Positions 28,840 through 43,539 are shown, numbered from the stretch's first letter. The stretch: 64,000 nucleotides of DNA from Octopus vulgaris (GCA_951406725.2 OX597819.1:79980001-80044000); one strand, 5' to 3'. Numbers and translations: made by a program. Notes: a model not told the origin generated them from the letters alone.

Positions 28840-29325
28840 CCTTGAGTATAATACGCGGGGGATTTTTAGGGGGTTGTACCTCTGAAAAACTTAAACCTTG
28901 TGTATAATACGCACCCCTTCTCTAACTTGAGTCAAGGAGGTCTGTATAATGTCCTTGGTATGTAAAAATGTATACGGTAACGTACTTTATTATTATTGTA
29001 TATATAACATAATGCAAATGTGTAGCTTTTTTGTGCATTTTGTTTGCAGAAAATAAAGAAATAATAGCAATAACGTTTAATAAATGTTACTTACTGCAAG
29101 TTATGGATGATTCTTTTATGACTTCATTGCTTTCATTCTTAGCTTAAGTTATTTTCGCGCCCGACATCACAAAATCCGTCTGAATAAACATTGCCGGACA
29201 GCACATAGAGACTCGGACATTGCTTAGAAAATATTTTTCCTTTTTAACTTCGTATATAGTACGCACTAGGGATCTTGACCTTGAAATTTTTGGAAAAAAT
29301 GCGGATTATACTCGAGGATTTACAG
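28840..29325. mobile_element. pogo/Tc2-like non-autonomous DNA transposon
   Basis: Right end 'gcggattatactcgaggatttacag|ta' is inverted relative to left 'cttgagtataatacgc'; internal repeats of 'tataatacgc'. Left terminus eroded. Confidence 0.6.
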
Positions 29326-31630
29326 TATTTTCAAAGTTGTTGCAGAGTTGACCATCCAGTTTTACTTTTATGTGCAGGGAATCGAGGCGCATATCCCACG
29401 CGTCCTTTTTAAGACGGTTAGAATAAGATTGGAAGGAAATTTGGTTGCTATTTCTAACATTTCTAGTTACCACATAGATGTTTCATTGTGGAATCGGAAG
29501 TTTCTGGACGGTGGATAGAGCTCCTTGGTGAGCCTGGTATGAGAAAATCGAACCTCTGTCATGTCATACTCTACCGTAATGAAAATTAAAGAGACGTATA
29601 GTCCTGGATAACACTGTCTGAAAAAAGTAAGATGTAATGGTTTTTTTGTCCATAAGACTGCTGTATCAGACCTGATTTGGGTCTAAACAACAATAAGAGA
29701 GAACTAGAACTTAAAGGCACAAGTGATAGTTGGTCTGTTTCATCTAAAACAAAAAGTGAAATGAAAAGTAAATGATTTAATTATAAAATAATATTAAATG
29801 AAATTTGTGCTAAAACATTTGTTCAAATACCGAGACATGAATTATATACTAACATTTTCGATACAGCTCGTTAAAAAGAAAATATATATTTTGAAATACG
29901 TTTCGTTATACATAAGAATGTATGATGTTCAAGCATTTTTTTCTAGAAATGTCGTTACACAGTTTAGAAATGTAAATCAAAATAATAAAATATATTAAAT
30001 ATCTATCAATTAACACATGCGTTAATATGCATTAAAATTCCGTTTGCAAACCGGAGTAAATCATTGTTGCTATTCAGCACCAGCCCGGTATTGATCAAAC
30101 TGGTCTACTTATCTACATTATTGGAAATAAATATACGTTAATACTTAATTTGACAGTTACAACAGACGGTACAGATTTTGTCATTTAAACGATGTCTTAT
30201 TCTTATTTTAATTTTCATCTCCATAAGATTTAACTACATGCTTTTAGAGAGTGTTTTCAATGATGATAATGTTAGAAATATAGAACAAAGTTATAATTAT
30301 ATACGTGAAAACATGTAACTTAAATAAATAAGGCATGATGGGAGAATCTAAAGAGAAAAATAACTAGTATTGTTATTGATTACATATTATCAGCTTGTGC
30401 TATAAGCCCTGGCTAGCAAATAGAGCGCCAAACACAGACACACATGAGTGCTCGTACACATGCATACACGCACACAAATATACAAGTGGTACTAAAAGAA
30501 TGCTTCTTTTAATACAGACCAGACATAAACATATCAATCGGAGATTCTCAAGTACAACCGTTGGATCACTGCACTGAGATTATTTCGATATATGTTCTAC
30601 TTCTGAGTTCAAATCCCATTGGATTCAGGTGTACACTTCATTTTCATCTCCCAGTGGTAATTAAATAAAGTAATAATCATGTTTTTGGTCAGTTCTTCAG
30701 TGTGAAACAGAAAATTTAATAATCATGTCACAAATAAACACATAAGTGATTGCTATTCGTATTCAATGAACACTAAAGTTCAGTTTGCTAATTGAATGAA
30801 TAATTAATCCTACATTATAACTTTTCAAGCCAATCATCAAGTTTGTTTTCATTATAATATATCTAATTATATTGTGCTTTTTCCTTCATTACACACACAC
30901 ACACACACAAACACACGCGCACGCGCACACACATATGCCCAAGTTTCACAAAGATTACACCCTAAAGTAGGTTTGGCGAAAAGTAAACACTCTAAATGAT
31001 AAGAAGACAAGGAAAATCCTTTAACACATCTTTAATGATTCGTTACAATTATTTCTGTACCAACTCTATTCGCAACGCCAGTTTACACAAAAATTCGAAA
31101 TGAAAATTTACGTAATGTTTGCAGTTTCAGACATTTCAAAGGCACGTCATCAGACTTGCATCAAAGATATGCTGTCGTTACATTGTGCGTCTTCCATACC
31201 TTGGTTTTTGCTTTATATTGGGAGGACGCACACAAAAATGAATAAAAGTGTGATTATGGGATGAGTAAGTAGGGGGTGGGTAATTTAAGAGGGTGTGGAG
31301 AAATCAAGAGGAAGGATGCGAAGAAGTCAAAAAACAAGGGCTGGAAGATGCACAATGTGACAGCACACATTGATCTTCACAACCGTTATTGTATGTGTAC
31401 ATCCCGTACCTTAGCGGTGTGGCATAAAAGATCGATAAAAGTAAGTATCAAGCTTTAAAAAATTAAGTACTGTAGTAGATTCATTCGACTACAACACTTC
31501 AACTTATAGCTCCAGATTGATCTCAGTCCAAAAACTAAAACATTGTAAAAAAAAAAAAAGAAAGTAACGCTGTTTGATTGAAGTATTTATGCTCTTTCTA
31601 CATAAACCGAGGAACGCTACTGCCCGGCAT

Positions 31631-31678
31631 CTTTCACTGAAGAGGAGATAATCACTCCGAAATGCTTGCGTCTCACAG
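31631..31678 (+). ncRNA. Hammerhead motif with canonical core and decayed stem I
   Basis: CUGAAGA-ggag(auaauca)cucc-GAA-AUGC(uu)GCGU-C. Stem I cuuuca/ucacag pairs only 4 of 6. Confidence 0.55.
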
Positions 31679-32428
31679 TCTGAATTGGTTGCACTGCGAG
31701 CTGATTTAGTCGTATTTACATCATTTGTCTACTTCGAGAAATTTTCTTCATGACAAAACACAGTGAATGGCTTGTATACGAGTTCGAATCTGTTACTGGC
31801 ATATCCAAACTGGTAATAACATTGTATTTTGAAACAATATCAATGTTTGTCACTTCGTCCAATAAACAAGGCAGAGCAGACCAAGCTTACAAATGCTACA
31901 ATACATTATTTTATTATTTACCCTCACGGCACACTAACCTATAATATTTTCTGAAAATCTCACATATAGTTTCACAATATCAATATAATGGACGTGAATG
32001 TAGAACAGTAGTATTTATTGGTCTTTTAGAAGAATACTTCGTATTCAGACAGGAGTGGAGGGAAGAACGATCAAGTTATTATTTCGCAATAACCCCTACG
32101 TATGCTACCACCTTTCACATATTAAATGAATCAGTGTCTGATGTGTATTGTCTAAACGGACAATATATACATCAGAAACCTCTCTCACAAATCTGATAAA
32201 CTCACATGTATAGTGACATCTGTCGAGTATTAAATGATACTGTCAGCTCTTTCTTTTTTGCATGCTTTCTCCATTTTCTTCATTCCTCCCTCTCGCTCTC
32301 TCAGCCGTTAAACTCTCGCTCATTCACTCTGTCACTCCCCCTCTCTGTCTGTCTGTCTTTCTCTCGATGACTCTCGGTCTCTGCCTCTCTCCCTCTCCCT
32401 CTCCATCTCTCCGTCTCTCTGTCTCAAG

Positions 32429-32463
<35 letters not shown>

Positions 32464-32657
32464 ATCATCTCTGTCTCCCTCCTCCTCTCCGTCTCTCTCT
32501 TCCTCTAACCCTTCCCCTCCCTCCCTCCCCTCCCCATCCCTCTCTCTCTCTATATATATATGTATATAATATAACTTTGATAACTTTGATAGGTTTCGGC
32601 CAGTATAGGCCCAGACCATGTCTAACTAAATAACACCACCTTGTATATATATATATA

Positions 32658-33023
32658 AGAAGCTTGCTTCCCAACCACATGGTTCAGGTTTCAGTCCCAC
32701 TGCTTGGCACCTTGGCCACATATTTTCAACTATAGCCTCGAGCCGACCAAAACTATGTGAGTGGATTTGGTAGACGGAAACTGAAAGAAACCCGTAGCTT
32801 ATATATGTATGTATTTATGTCTGACTTTGTACACACCACCATCGCTTGAAAACCGATGTTGTTGTGTTTATGTCCTCGTAACTTAGTGGTTTTGCAAGAG
32901 TGACTGAGAGAAAAAGTACTAGGCTTACAAAAAATTAGTTCTGGGATTAATTTGTTCGATTAAAAAAGCAGTGCTCAGCACGACCGCAGTCAAATGACTG
33001 AAACAAGTAAAAGAATAAAAGAA
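32658..33023 (+). mobile_element. SINE family A copy (5' clipped)
   Basis: Matches the family consensus. Confidence 0.85.
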
Positions 33024-33104
33024 TATATATATATATAGATAGAAAGGTAGGTAGATAGATAAATAGATAGACAGACAGACAGAGAAACAGACACACAGCT
33101 AGAC

Positions 33105-33147
<43 letters not shown>

Positions 33148-33175
33148 TAAGTAGAGATATGCAGATATGCATTCA

Positions 33176-33217
<42 letters not shown>

Positions 33218-33296
33218 ACTGTATATATATATATATATATATATATGCATATATACATATATATGTGTGAATATATACATAGATATACCTACATAC

Positions 33297-33354
<58 letters not shown>

Positions 33355-33358
<4 letters not shown>

Positions 33359-33558
33359 GGAGAGTTTACGAAAAAACAAAAGACGAAAATAGGTTGTGTA
33401 CAAAACAAACAGATATATTAGTATAACGCTCAGGAATAGAAAAAGTCTTTTACGTTTCGAGCCTACGCTCTTCTACAGAAAGGGACAGAAAAAACAAGGA
33501 GAGAAACAAGGAGAGAAAAAAAATGTGTGTAGTGGCTAACGATCTATTATGGTGACTG
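33355..33558 (-). mobile_element. Short hammerhead module, copy 2 (motif at 33447-33482)
   Basis: Homologous to 563-755. Minus strand cuuu-CUGUAGA-A-GAGC(guag)GCUC-GAA-ACGU-A-aaag; (TA)n both sides. Confidence 0.7.
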
Positions 33559-34225
33559 TTTATATATATATAAACACACACACACACAAGGTCTGGAAGT
33601 CGCACAATGTGACAGCACACGTTGATCTTCACAACCGGTGTTGGTATATGTACATCCCGTAACTTAGCGATGTGGCATACATACATACATACATACATAC
33701 ATACATACATACATACACTTACACACACATGTATATATAACCATTTCGTGAATTTCAAATCTACGCCGTTTTTCCTATCGTCTGTCTATTCCCCTTTTTT
33801 TCTGTTCACTTTTACCTTCACTTTTCCCTTCTACAATATTCCTCCTCCTCCTCCTCCTGTCCCCTTTTCTCATCTTCCACCGCCCCTTCATTCTCCTCCA
33901 CATCGTATTTACATTACATTTACCTACATCACATTCATTCTTTTCTTATTCTTTCTTCTTCATTTGTGTTATATTTCTTAATATATTTTTATTCTATTTT
34001 ATCTATGGTTAATGCTGTTTTTTTAATTACTTTTTTGCCTTAGTTTCTTCCTATGATCTATCTTTCATCATGCTGTCATTCCTTAAATCAATCTTCGGGT
34101 TGCTTTTTTTTCTGTATTTTCTTTCATATACTTATATTCATTTTTTTTCACTTCTATTCCCTCCTATCTTATTACTCCTCTCTTTATTTCAAGGAAACGC
34201 AACTGTTTCTGTCTCTCTGTTTCAC

Positions 34226-34289
<64 letters not shown>

Positions 34290-34385
34290 AATATTTACAT
34301 ATACAAACACATATTCGTACATTTATAATACATGGATACATACATCTGCGTTTATGTATCTTCCTATCTTATCTGTCTAACTGTC

Positions 34386-34473
<88 letters not shown>

Positions 34474-35649
34474 CAAACTTAATTATTATCGCCTAATCCG
34501 TGTGTGTGTAGTCACTCTCTTTCATACATTCAAGTTTTGGTGATTTTTCTCTCTTTCTATCTTTAATTTTTTTTCATTTAATTTTGCTTTCTTGTTACTT
34601 GTCGTTATAAAGCTAATAATCTACATTTTAGTATTAGTTAATACAAATGAGTATCGTTTCCTTTTATTTCTTCAAATCTACGTATTTTTGTTTTACTTGC
34701 ACATTTTCTTATTACCGTCTATTAGTTTTATTTTCTTTCTGTCTTGTCGTTTTTCGTTGTCGTTTTTATACTATATATCTTATTTTCATTGCCATCCTTA
34801 CTTAAGTCAATTCTAATATTATACACAATTAAGAAAGAAATCGTGCCAATAAGGAAACCGTTACGTGGTAGTTGTCTCTACTAAAAATATAAACCTTATC
34901 CCCATCAAATTTCGTATGTGAAAAAAGGTCACATTTAATAACTTAGCTGTAGAGATACTATGTAAGGAAGAAAGACCAGATGATGTGGTTGGAGAGGCTT
35001 AGCTGGGGTTAATCAAGAATAAAAGCAATTCCAAACTTGAGTCATGAACCTGTTAGAAAAAGCAGCTAAATCTCATTCAGATGTTTACTCATCAACCACC
35101 TGAAGCCTTACATGTCAGAAATTGCTGCTATATGTCAACAATCAAATAAAGCTCGACTTGCTAGAAATAGTCGCCAATGTCACTCGTATCTCACAGTTAT
35201 CTTAATAAAAGAACACATCGGATAATGTATTCCTAAACTCATACACGGCATGCCTCCTTATTTATTAATCCACCCAAGGTTTTAATTATGGAAAAATTAC
35301 CAAAATTTTATGAAGCTTAAGATTAGCGTATTCCAGATCCTTGTTAGTTAAATATGATGTTTTCCTTCAACTACAAAACATCTTGTAGCCGCAACACACA
35401 AAAATGCATACACTAAAACCTATTTCAATACAAAAGACTCGAAATAACATGTGATCCTTTTCTTACCTCTCTCTTTTTCAATTGTCATATATATATATAT
35501 GTGAAACTTATGAATACGTCCAATATATTTTCAGTTTAACTATAATATAAAAACATTTATTGTGTGAAAATGTATTTTTCTATTTTTATTTTCATGCAGT
35601 TAAATACATAGAATAAAACTATTTTATTTCATGTTAAGGAGTTAAACTT

Positions 35650-36880
35650 ATTTTGGGCTAAATTTGACAGTGTTCATAAGAGAAAAAGAAAACACAGTTT
35701 CCTTTTCAAAAATAAAAGTACTTTAAATATTATAAAAGATTATTACTAGGAGATAGCTCTTGATACAAACTAACCGGCCTCGGTTTTCCCCATGACCTCA
35801 AGACGATTCTAGAACCTGGCTCATGCGTTCTTCACTGTGTCTCTGGGAAGATCATCGAACGCATCCTTGATTTTGATCACCAGCTTCGTCTTCGTTTTGG
35901 AAGTAGAGCAGTTGGTCTCTTTCAATTGCGTCTCACACACAGTAATCCAATGGATTATAATCGTGGGAATTCGGAGGCCAGAAATTTAGGCTGGTGAAGC
36001 CGTAGAAATCAGCTTTCAGGAGGTATGACAAGGAATAGAATTCTGCAGCAACCATGTCTTGGTAGATCAGTCTCCAGCAGCTTCACAAAGCGGTTTCAAC
36101 TGAACCTAAGGTCCTGTCCAAAGATGTCGGTGGCATGATATCATCCTCACCAGGGACACCCTCAAAGTCATCACGGTTTGGAGGAACTGGGTTTTCATGC
36201 GTGGGTGATCAGATGGATTGTAAGCGAGCCACCCGTTTTTCCTGGTGTTCCGTAACTTGCTCTGCCAGAAGTTCTTTTCATCTGAGAAGAACCAGATCCT
36301 TTCCGGCTCACAAGGATGGCTCGGCTTGTTACGGAGCTTCTTTACCTTCGTCAAGTGGTTCTCCTTGGCCTTAGCTGCCAGAATTTGTTCCCTATACCTC
36401 TCGCACGAGTGGTAGCGAATATCCTCATTTAGGGCCAGCTTCATGATGAAGACTCAACACCCTTTTCTCTCACCAAAGACCGGATTTCCTTGCTCAGATC
36501 ATCCATCACTTTGTTCTGAAATTGCTGGATAGAGTCCGGCGTGCGAACGCCGTCAGAACACTTGTTGTGTCAGTTCCTGTAGACCACGACTTGGTAGTCT
36601 CCGTTGCAACTGTTCATGTCGTGTCTTACATGCTTTACAGCATCCTCAGATTGTTGAACAGCAGTCACGATGTTGCGTTTTGATAGCTGATGCGAATCAT
36701 CATGAAACTGGCAAATCTCTTCCAATATTGAAATGGTTACCAGTCTTCCATGTCAGTCAACTTTTTCTCAGCTACAACTTTAATCTTTATGTTCTCCAAC
36801 GTCGGTGACTGTTCACAAATACATCACAATGTTCCTGAAAAAAAGGAAACAAAAATATCATAATTAGCTCGAACAACCTG
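35650..36880 (-). mobile_element. Decayed maT/DD37D-like Tc1/mariner transposon
   Basis: Minus-strand IWFFSDEKNF and FWPPNSHDYNPLDY motifs. Terminus TA|CAGGTTGTTCGAGCTAATT at 36880; other TIR partly eroded ('tgggctaaatt'). Confidence 0.8.
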
Positions 36881-37030
36881 TATGTACATAAACAAAATTT
36901 GACACATTTTCAACCTCTTCTCTGTATTTTACACACTCACACACAAAAACACACATACACTCACACTCACACACATACACGCACACAGACACAGATACAC
37001 ATACGCACTAAAACATACACACACAAACAA

Positions 37031-37093
<63 letters not shown>

Positions 37094-37163
37094 TATATAT
37101 ATATATGTATATGTATGTATATATATATATATATATGTATATATATGTATATATATGTATAGG

Positions 37164-37239
<76 letters not shown>

Positions 37240-37374
37240 CACGCACCAACAAACAGATACACATACACACACAAACACACAGCTTTACCATGATTGATAT
37301 GGTGTTTGTGAGAGTTAGGGGAAGCAGCAACAACAGGAGCAGTACTACACAACGAGGATAAATGCATGTAGTCG

Positions 37375-37945
37375 TTTGATCGGCCAGAAATAGCCGCCAA
37401 ATCTCCCATAAATCACAACCTACTGTCTTAAAAAATTGGTGGATATTGTTGTCCTAGATACAATTTAGAAGAAAAAATAAAAGAAAGAGAAAATGTCAGG
37501 ATGGTCATAAATGGAACGATTTTGACCAGAGGTCTCTCGATCTAAAGTATCGTGGAGCTAAACAACATCTATGGCAACAATAACAATGACATCAACAACA
37601 AGAGCAGCAACAATAGAAAACCAAACTTACCAGTGAACTCTCTCTGACAAAACACAGAACGTATAAATGGTCAATCGTCCTTTTTGAAGTACCTGTCAAA
37701 TTCCCGTCAATTAACACTCTACTATTTGAAAAACGGAAGGATATTATCGGAAATGTAGTGCTCCGTAAAAAAGAAAGGCGAGAAGGCTATGGTTGGTATT
37801 GATAATATTTTGACCGTATGTTTGCTCGATCAACACTGATTTGCATTCTAACCAAACAATCAGAAAGATGATGGAAAGCCAAGGAGAGAATCTGTTTAAA
37901 GTTACTCAGCCTGCTAGAAATGGCAGTAAAATCTCCTTCAAGTTG
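37375..37945 (+). repeat. Degenerate tandem copies of a dispersed unclassified repeat ('ctagaaatagcagccaaatctc...')
   Basis: The same motif recurs near 6610, 12520, 14780, 29440(-), 35055, 35160 and 39045(-). Confidence 0.55.
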
Positions 37946-37981
37946 AGTCATATTCCGTAAGATGAAAAAACAAATGTTGTA

Positions 37982-38143
37982 GGCGCAGGAGTGGCTATAT
38001 GGTAAGTAGCTTGCTTACTAACCACATGGTTCCAGGTTCATTCCCACTGCGTGGCACCTTGGGCTAGTGTCTTCTACTATAGCCTCAGGACGACCAAAGC
38101 CTTGTGAGTGGATTTGGTAGACGGAAACTGAAAGAAGCCCGTC

Positions 38144-38191
<48 letters not shown>

Positions 38192-38383
38192 ATGTGTGTA
38201 TATGTTTGTGTGACTGTGTTTGTCCCCCAACATCGCTTGACAACTGATGGTAGTGCATCCCCGTAACCTAGCGGTTCGGCAAAATAGATCGATAGAATAA
38301 GTACTAGGGTCCTGGGTAGATTTGCTCGACTAAAGGTGGTGCTCCAGCATGGCCGCAGTCAAATGACTGAAACAAGTAAAAGA
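37982..38383 (+). mobile_element. SINE family A, best-preserved copy
   Basis: A-box-like 'tggctatatgg', B-box-like 'ggttcattccc', internal (TA)n, tail 'aaatgactgaaacaagtaaaaga'. Confidence 0.9.
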
Positions 38384-40713
38384 GAAAGTAAAATAAAAGA
38401 GAAAGTGAATGTTGTAGTTGTGCTTGTGGTCGTTTTTGTTGAAGATAATGTTGTTATGCTCAAGTTCAATATTACTTTCGCAAAATTTCTCTCGGTGCAA
38501 CATAGACTTTTCTGAGAGAAAGCAAGGAAATACATAGTGGAAGTAGTGAGAAGAAATAGAGAGAATGAGTAGGGAGAAGGAAGTTGAGAGAGGAATGGAA
38601 GGAGAAAATTGATAAAAAAGGGAAAGGTAAAGTTACTTTCTCGAGTCACGCTAACTTAAAAGGGCCGATATCCCGGTTTCATGGCGGAACGCCGATCTGT
38701 CACAGGATTACTAATTTTTTACCCATTGAGTGGATTAGAGTAACGGAAAATGAAGGGTTTTGCTCAAGATCACAACGCCTTGCCAAGAGTAGGATTCGAA
38801 ACCACAATCTTACGATCATGAATCCAATACCTTAACCACTAAGTCACGCGTCTCCACAGGAAAAATTGATTCCAAGACCAGACGGCTGTTTTATTTATCG
38901 ACTGTGAAAGGAAGAAGGATAAAGTTTATCTTGCGTCTGATTTGAACTGAAAGACATTGCAACCGTGTTTTTAGTGATATCTAGGGCTACATTGTCTTGT
39001 GTATCATTTTTCATAGGAATAAGTAGGATATGATTTGATGGAGATTTTGCTGGTACTTCTAACAGGTCGAATGGCCGTTTAGAGATCTTTCGATTTCGTA
39101 GTGTTGTCCTGTATAGTTACTGTCTCGAGGAAAGAGAAAACGAGGTGGTTATAGTTAGAACGCCGATGTTAATTTGGCTACTGTATTAGGGATGGTCTGG
39201 GTCTAAGCAACAACAACAAAAACGAAAAAACTAAGTTAACCACAACTCTTAAAATCTGATCTATTCATCACCCTTTGTGCATATAATGAGAATATTCAAT
39301 CGCCTACTATTTGAGTGTGGATGGTTCTTGCGAAGTATATGATGCGCCAGCTATGTGTGTAGATTCATTTACCTTTTTTTTTCTGAAATGGCCTGCACTG
39401 CCAGTACTCTACCATGACCCTTCACAGCACAACATAATGAATTTCCAAAAGCGATACAGAGAAAACAAAAGCAAACTTAACCCCAGTACTTGATTAGGGA
39501 GAAAATTGACCCACAATACTTCATTAGATAGCACTGAAATATGAAGGGGAAAAAAATTGACTTCAACAGGATTTGATTTCAGGGGCGCACATAGCCAGAG
39601 CAAAAAGCGGAAGATAGTTTATCCGGCACTCTAACGACTCTGTTAATTCGCTGCCATATCTGCCGGTCTTGTTAGGAAATTGTCCTGTTCAGGAATATCG
39701 TTATCATGCTGTCGCTTATACACCACAGAAACGGAGTACTGGCCTTAGGAGCTCTTTGAGGTCAAGAAAAGTAATAATAAATTGAAGCCTAGAGAGACTA
39801 TAAATTAATTATGAATTCCATTTTAAAACTTACCCTCAGTTATTGGCATTCTCTTGTAACATATTTTACAGAATATATCGAGTTTATGTATATTCTTGAT
39901 ATTTAGCAGTTTCCCTTTAACTTTTTTTAACATTCACGCAGGAAAATCCTCGTACGATGCGTTTTGTAGTTTCGGTGATGAAAGCTTCATGTGTCCGTAT
40001 ATTTCTATGAACATCTGACTACCATGAAAAACGATTGCCTGGGGAAGAAACTGAAAATAATTATTTAGTTTATTTTGATATATGGCTTGGCATCCTTTTC
40101 GGGTGTCTTTTCGTTTTAGCTAGAAGCACACACACATTCACATACACGGTTCCTCGAAGAACATTCAGTTAGTCAAACAACTGAATTACCTACTCATACA
40201 ATTAATATATGAGTGGCTGAACACAGGCATGTTTCCCATAACCTAATTCTTGTGCTGAATCAGCGTTATAATTCTTCCTAGCCTGATTTCTCTCGCCATT
40301 ATAACGAAAATATATTAAAGTGATTAGAAAAAATCTTTTGAAAAGTGACAAAAATGTATCAGAATTAAAGGAACATGTAAACAAAGCCAAAACGTAAGGT
40401 TACCTTGGAATTTCCATCCCACTGTCTTCTACACGGCTTCCATCCGCCTAATTTCACCAAAGGCTATAGATATCTGCCTAAGGAGCCAGAAAGTGAGATC
40501 GAACTCGGGGATTTGTAGTTGCGAAGCTAAAGTACATCGTATTTACCCGTGTATTTATCGCATTATCTTTTTCATGATTTTAACTGAAGGAAGTGGAGTG
40601 CTACTAATACACGGGCAAAGTCTGAATATAAAAGGAAACATATTACATAGGGTTTAACATTGAATTAGGGTAAACATGGTTTATAAGTTTGAATGCGTAT
40701 GTTTGGGTATGTA

Positions 40714-40867
40714 CAGTCTTGGACAGAAGTTTGGAACATATGTCTGAAAATTAGAATTGTTATATCAAATGCCCAAACTTATAAGCTGTATACATTTGAG
40801 TCGAATTGTACTCGGGCATAACAATTTTAATTTTTAAAATAATGTTCTAAACTTTTGACCACGGCTG
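40714..40867. mobile_element. Tc1-like MITE
   Basis: TA|CAGTCTTGGACAGAAGTTTGGAACA ... TGTTCTAAACTTTTGACCACGGCTG|TA; inversion extends inward ('aaaattagaattgttat' / 'ataacaattttaatttt'). Confidence 0.8.
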
Positions 40868-41741
40868 TATGTATGTTAGATTATTGTTGCATTTTGACCT
40901 AAACTAAATTTAAAGATCGCAATGTTTCATTGAGAGTTAAGTAAGAATAAGAATACAAATACATTCTTTCTATACTACTGATGAGCGCAAAAAGATGGGG
41001 AATCTCCTGACGGACCGATTTATGTTTTGATGAACGTGCTTTAAAGAAGACGTATATGGAAAGGGCTATGCTTGCAGTGTGATACAGTTTTCGTGGTCAG
41101 TTTACGTTCAAAAATGCTTTTTAATCCATGTGGTTAGCAGGAAACGTTTTATCTTTCTCTATCATGCTATGTTGTTTCTCGCTGGTAATCGAATTAGCAG
41201 TTAAAGGATTACCGCATTTTACGGAGCGATTTGTCCAGGATTTTAGTCAATGATGTTCTTTAAATTGACCTTATTTATGTGTGTATCTATGGTTGTGTTT
41301 TCAGGTATGTCTGTGAATATTGCGTGTGTCCTTGTAGTGAAAAGTATATACATAGCACGACGGAGAAAGAAACGGGGAGACAATCTTAGAGGCAGGGACC
41401 AAAAGAAAACCAAATAAGAAGAGGGGGGGGGAATTAGAAAAGGAAAAAGTGAGACCAATGAAGAGAATGTCGCGAGATGAGGTAGCAGGGTGAGGTAGAG
41501 GGGTGAGGTGGTTGAGTAAGGGAGACAAATGGAAGAAAACAAGAAAGAGGTGAAAGGTGCAAGGGAAAGAGAAGAACAATAATAAATGGAGATAATCTAT
41601 TCATTTATTTATGTCTACGGTCTGTTGCGACTCAATTTGTGTGTATGTATATATATATATTTATATATATATATATATATATTATATATATGAATATATA
41701 TGTATGTATTATATATATATTTTATAAATGTATATATATAC

Positions 41742-41803
<62 letters not shown>

Positions 41804-42133
41804 ATATATCTTTATGAATATATTTATATAATTACATCCGTTGGCATCTATAGATATAGATATATTATCAAACACACACATATGTCAATGTAGAGATATA
41901 TAAATGCACATAGTTTAAGTAAATCTATATGTTTATATTTATATATATGTATAGATTCGTATATCTATAAGTTTTGTATGTACACACACATACACACAGA
42001 GTCACATACTTACCGTACTCATTTATCACGTTATGTATTTTATATCTATCTAATTAAGATTTTATTAGCACAAGGAAAAGACAAAGATACAGAGAGGATA
42101 AGAGTGACGAGAAATATACAAGGAAATATATGT

Positions 42134-42174
<41 letters not shown>

Positions 42175-43277
42175 TATGTATATGTGTGTATGTGTATATG
42201 TATGTATGTATGTTTATGAGTTTAAAGAAGAAAAAGAAATAACTTCACAAGATGAGCTAGTGAGAAAACGCCATTATGTTATCGAAAAGACGGTCTTAGC
42301 GGGTTATGGTGTTAAAGAATCATTTGCAGAATGTCGAATATGGCGGAGGTGCGAAGGAGTGAAATTAATGTGATAGTGATAGTGATTTTGGTGGTGACGG
42401 TAGTGGTAATTTTAGTGGTGGTGTAACAAAAATGATGACCCGTGTTATATGGTCATTGTAATCAGATTTACTTTATTCAGTTAAAGAGCATCTCGCCAAG
42501 TATAATATGATATGAAAGTTCGTTAAATAGATGGTGTTATACTTTTCTCGATGTGTGCTGAAGGGGTCGACTGACTAAGGCATAGCTGTGCAAACTTTGG
42601 AAAAAAATACCTTACAGAGTTTGATACGATTCTCGACACTCAGAGGTCAAATCTCTGCAACATCAACATTACTTTTTATCCTTTAGTGGTTAATAAAAGT
42701 AAGTACGAGTGAAATAGTAGATTCGATATAATCGACTGACCATTTTTCTGAAATTTTTGGTCTCGATTGTATTTTAGAAATATTTAGCTCCACATCCTGT
42801 TGAGGCCATATTAGCCTTTCCTTATGCTGGGATCGATAAAATAAAGCACAATCAAGCACAGAGGTCCATTTAATTGAGTAACTCCTCATCTGAAATATCA
42901 GGCTTTGCGACAGTGCTAGAAACCATTGCGCCTGAACGCACTAGGAAATAGTTAACTGGTTGAGAAACAATCATTAAAGCATAGATTGAAATACCTTGCG
43001 GTATTTTTCCGCTTCTTAGTTCAAATCCCACCAAGGCCACATTTAATTATATTTTGGGTGGATGAAAAGTATCCAGGTGATAGATTAAAGAAACTGTTAG
43101 TGTATGAGGCAAAATGTCTTACGCAAAATGTCTTGGTTCTTTATGATCTTAGTTCTTGCATGGTAAAATGTTTTCCTCTCCTAGTCTAACAGCACTACCT
43201 TGTCAATGGGTGCCTTTAGCAAAATTCACTTTTTCGTTAGTTGTCTGAGGCAGGTTTCCGCATGGTATTGTATATTA

Positions 43278-43530
43278 TTGGGTTAATGCATAATTATTGC
43301 GCCTTTTTTCAACATATTTTATTCAGCAAAAACAATAACTTGTAACAAAAACATCTTTAAATGATTATTCAGGAGCATATTCCCCATGTACTTCAATTAC
43401 TGCTTCCCATTTGCTTGGCAGCCGATCAGACAGTCATTGAAAGATGTTTTTGTTAAATATTGTTATAGTTTTTGTTGAATAAAATCTGCTGAAAAAAAAA
43501 CAAAGCCGCAATAATTATGCACCAACCTAA
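43278..43530. mobile_element. Mariner (Hsmar1/MADE1-like TIR) MITE
   Basis: TA|TTGGGTTAATGCATAATTATTGCG ... CGCAATAATTATGCACCAACCTAA|TA, with ~90-bp imperfect inverted arms. Spacer encodes the transposase tail DRLPSKWEAVIEVHGEYA on the minus strand. Confidence 0.85.
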
Positions 43531-43539
43531 TATTTATAC

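Noticed and set aside
37982-38055. tRNA-like A/B boxes
   Set aside because: SINE head: no cloverleaf, and it continues into the repeat body, so it is not a tRNA gene.
40966-41063. CTGATGA with a possible 9-bp stem I and long stem II
   Set aside because: No GAAA or stem III palindrome, and stem I is offset by 3 nt; at best a very decayed remnant.
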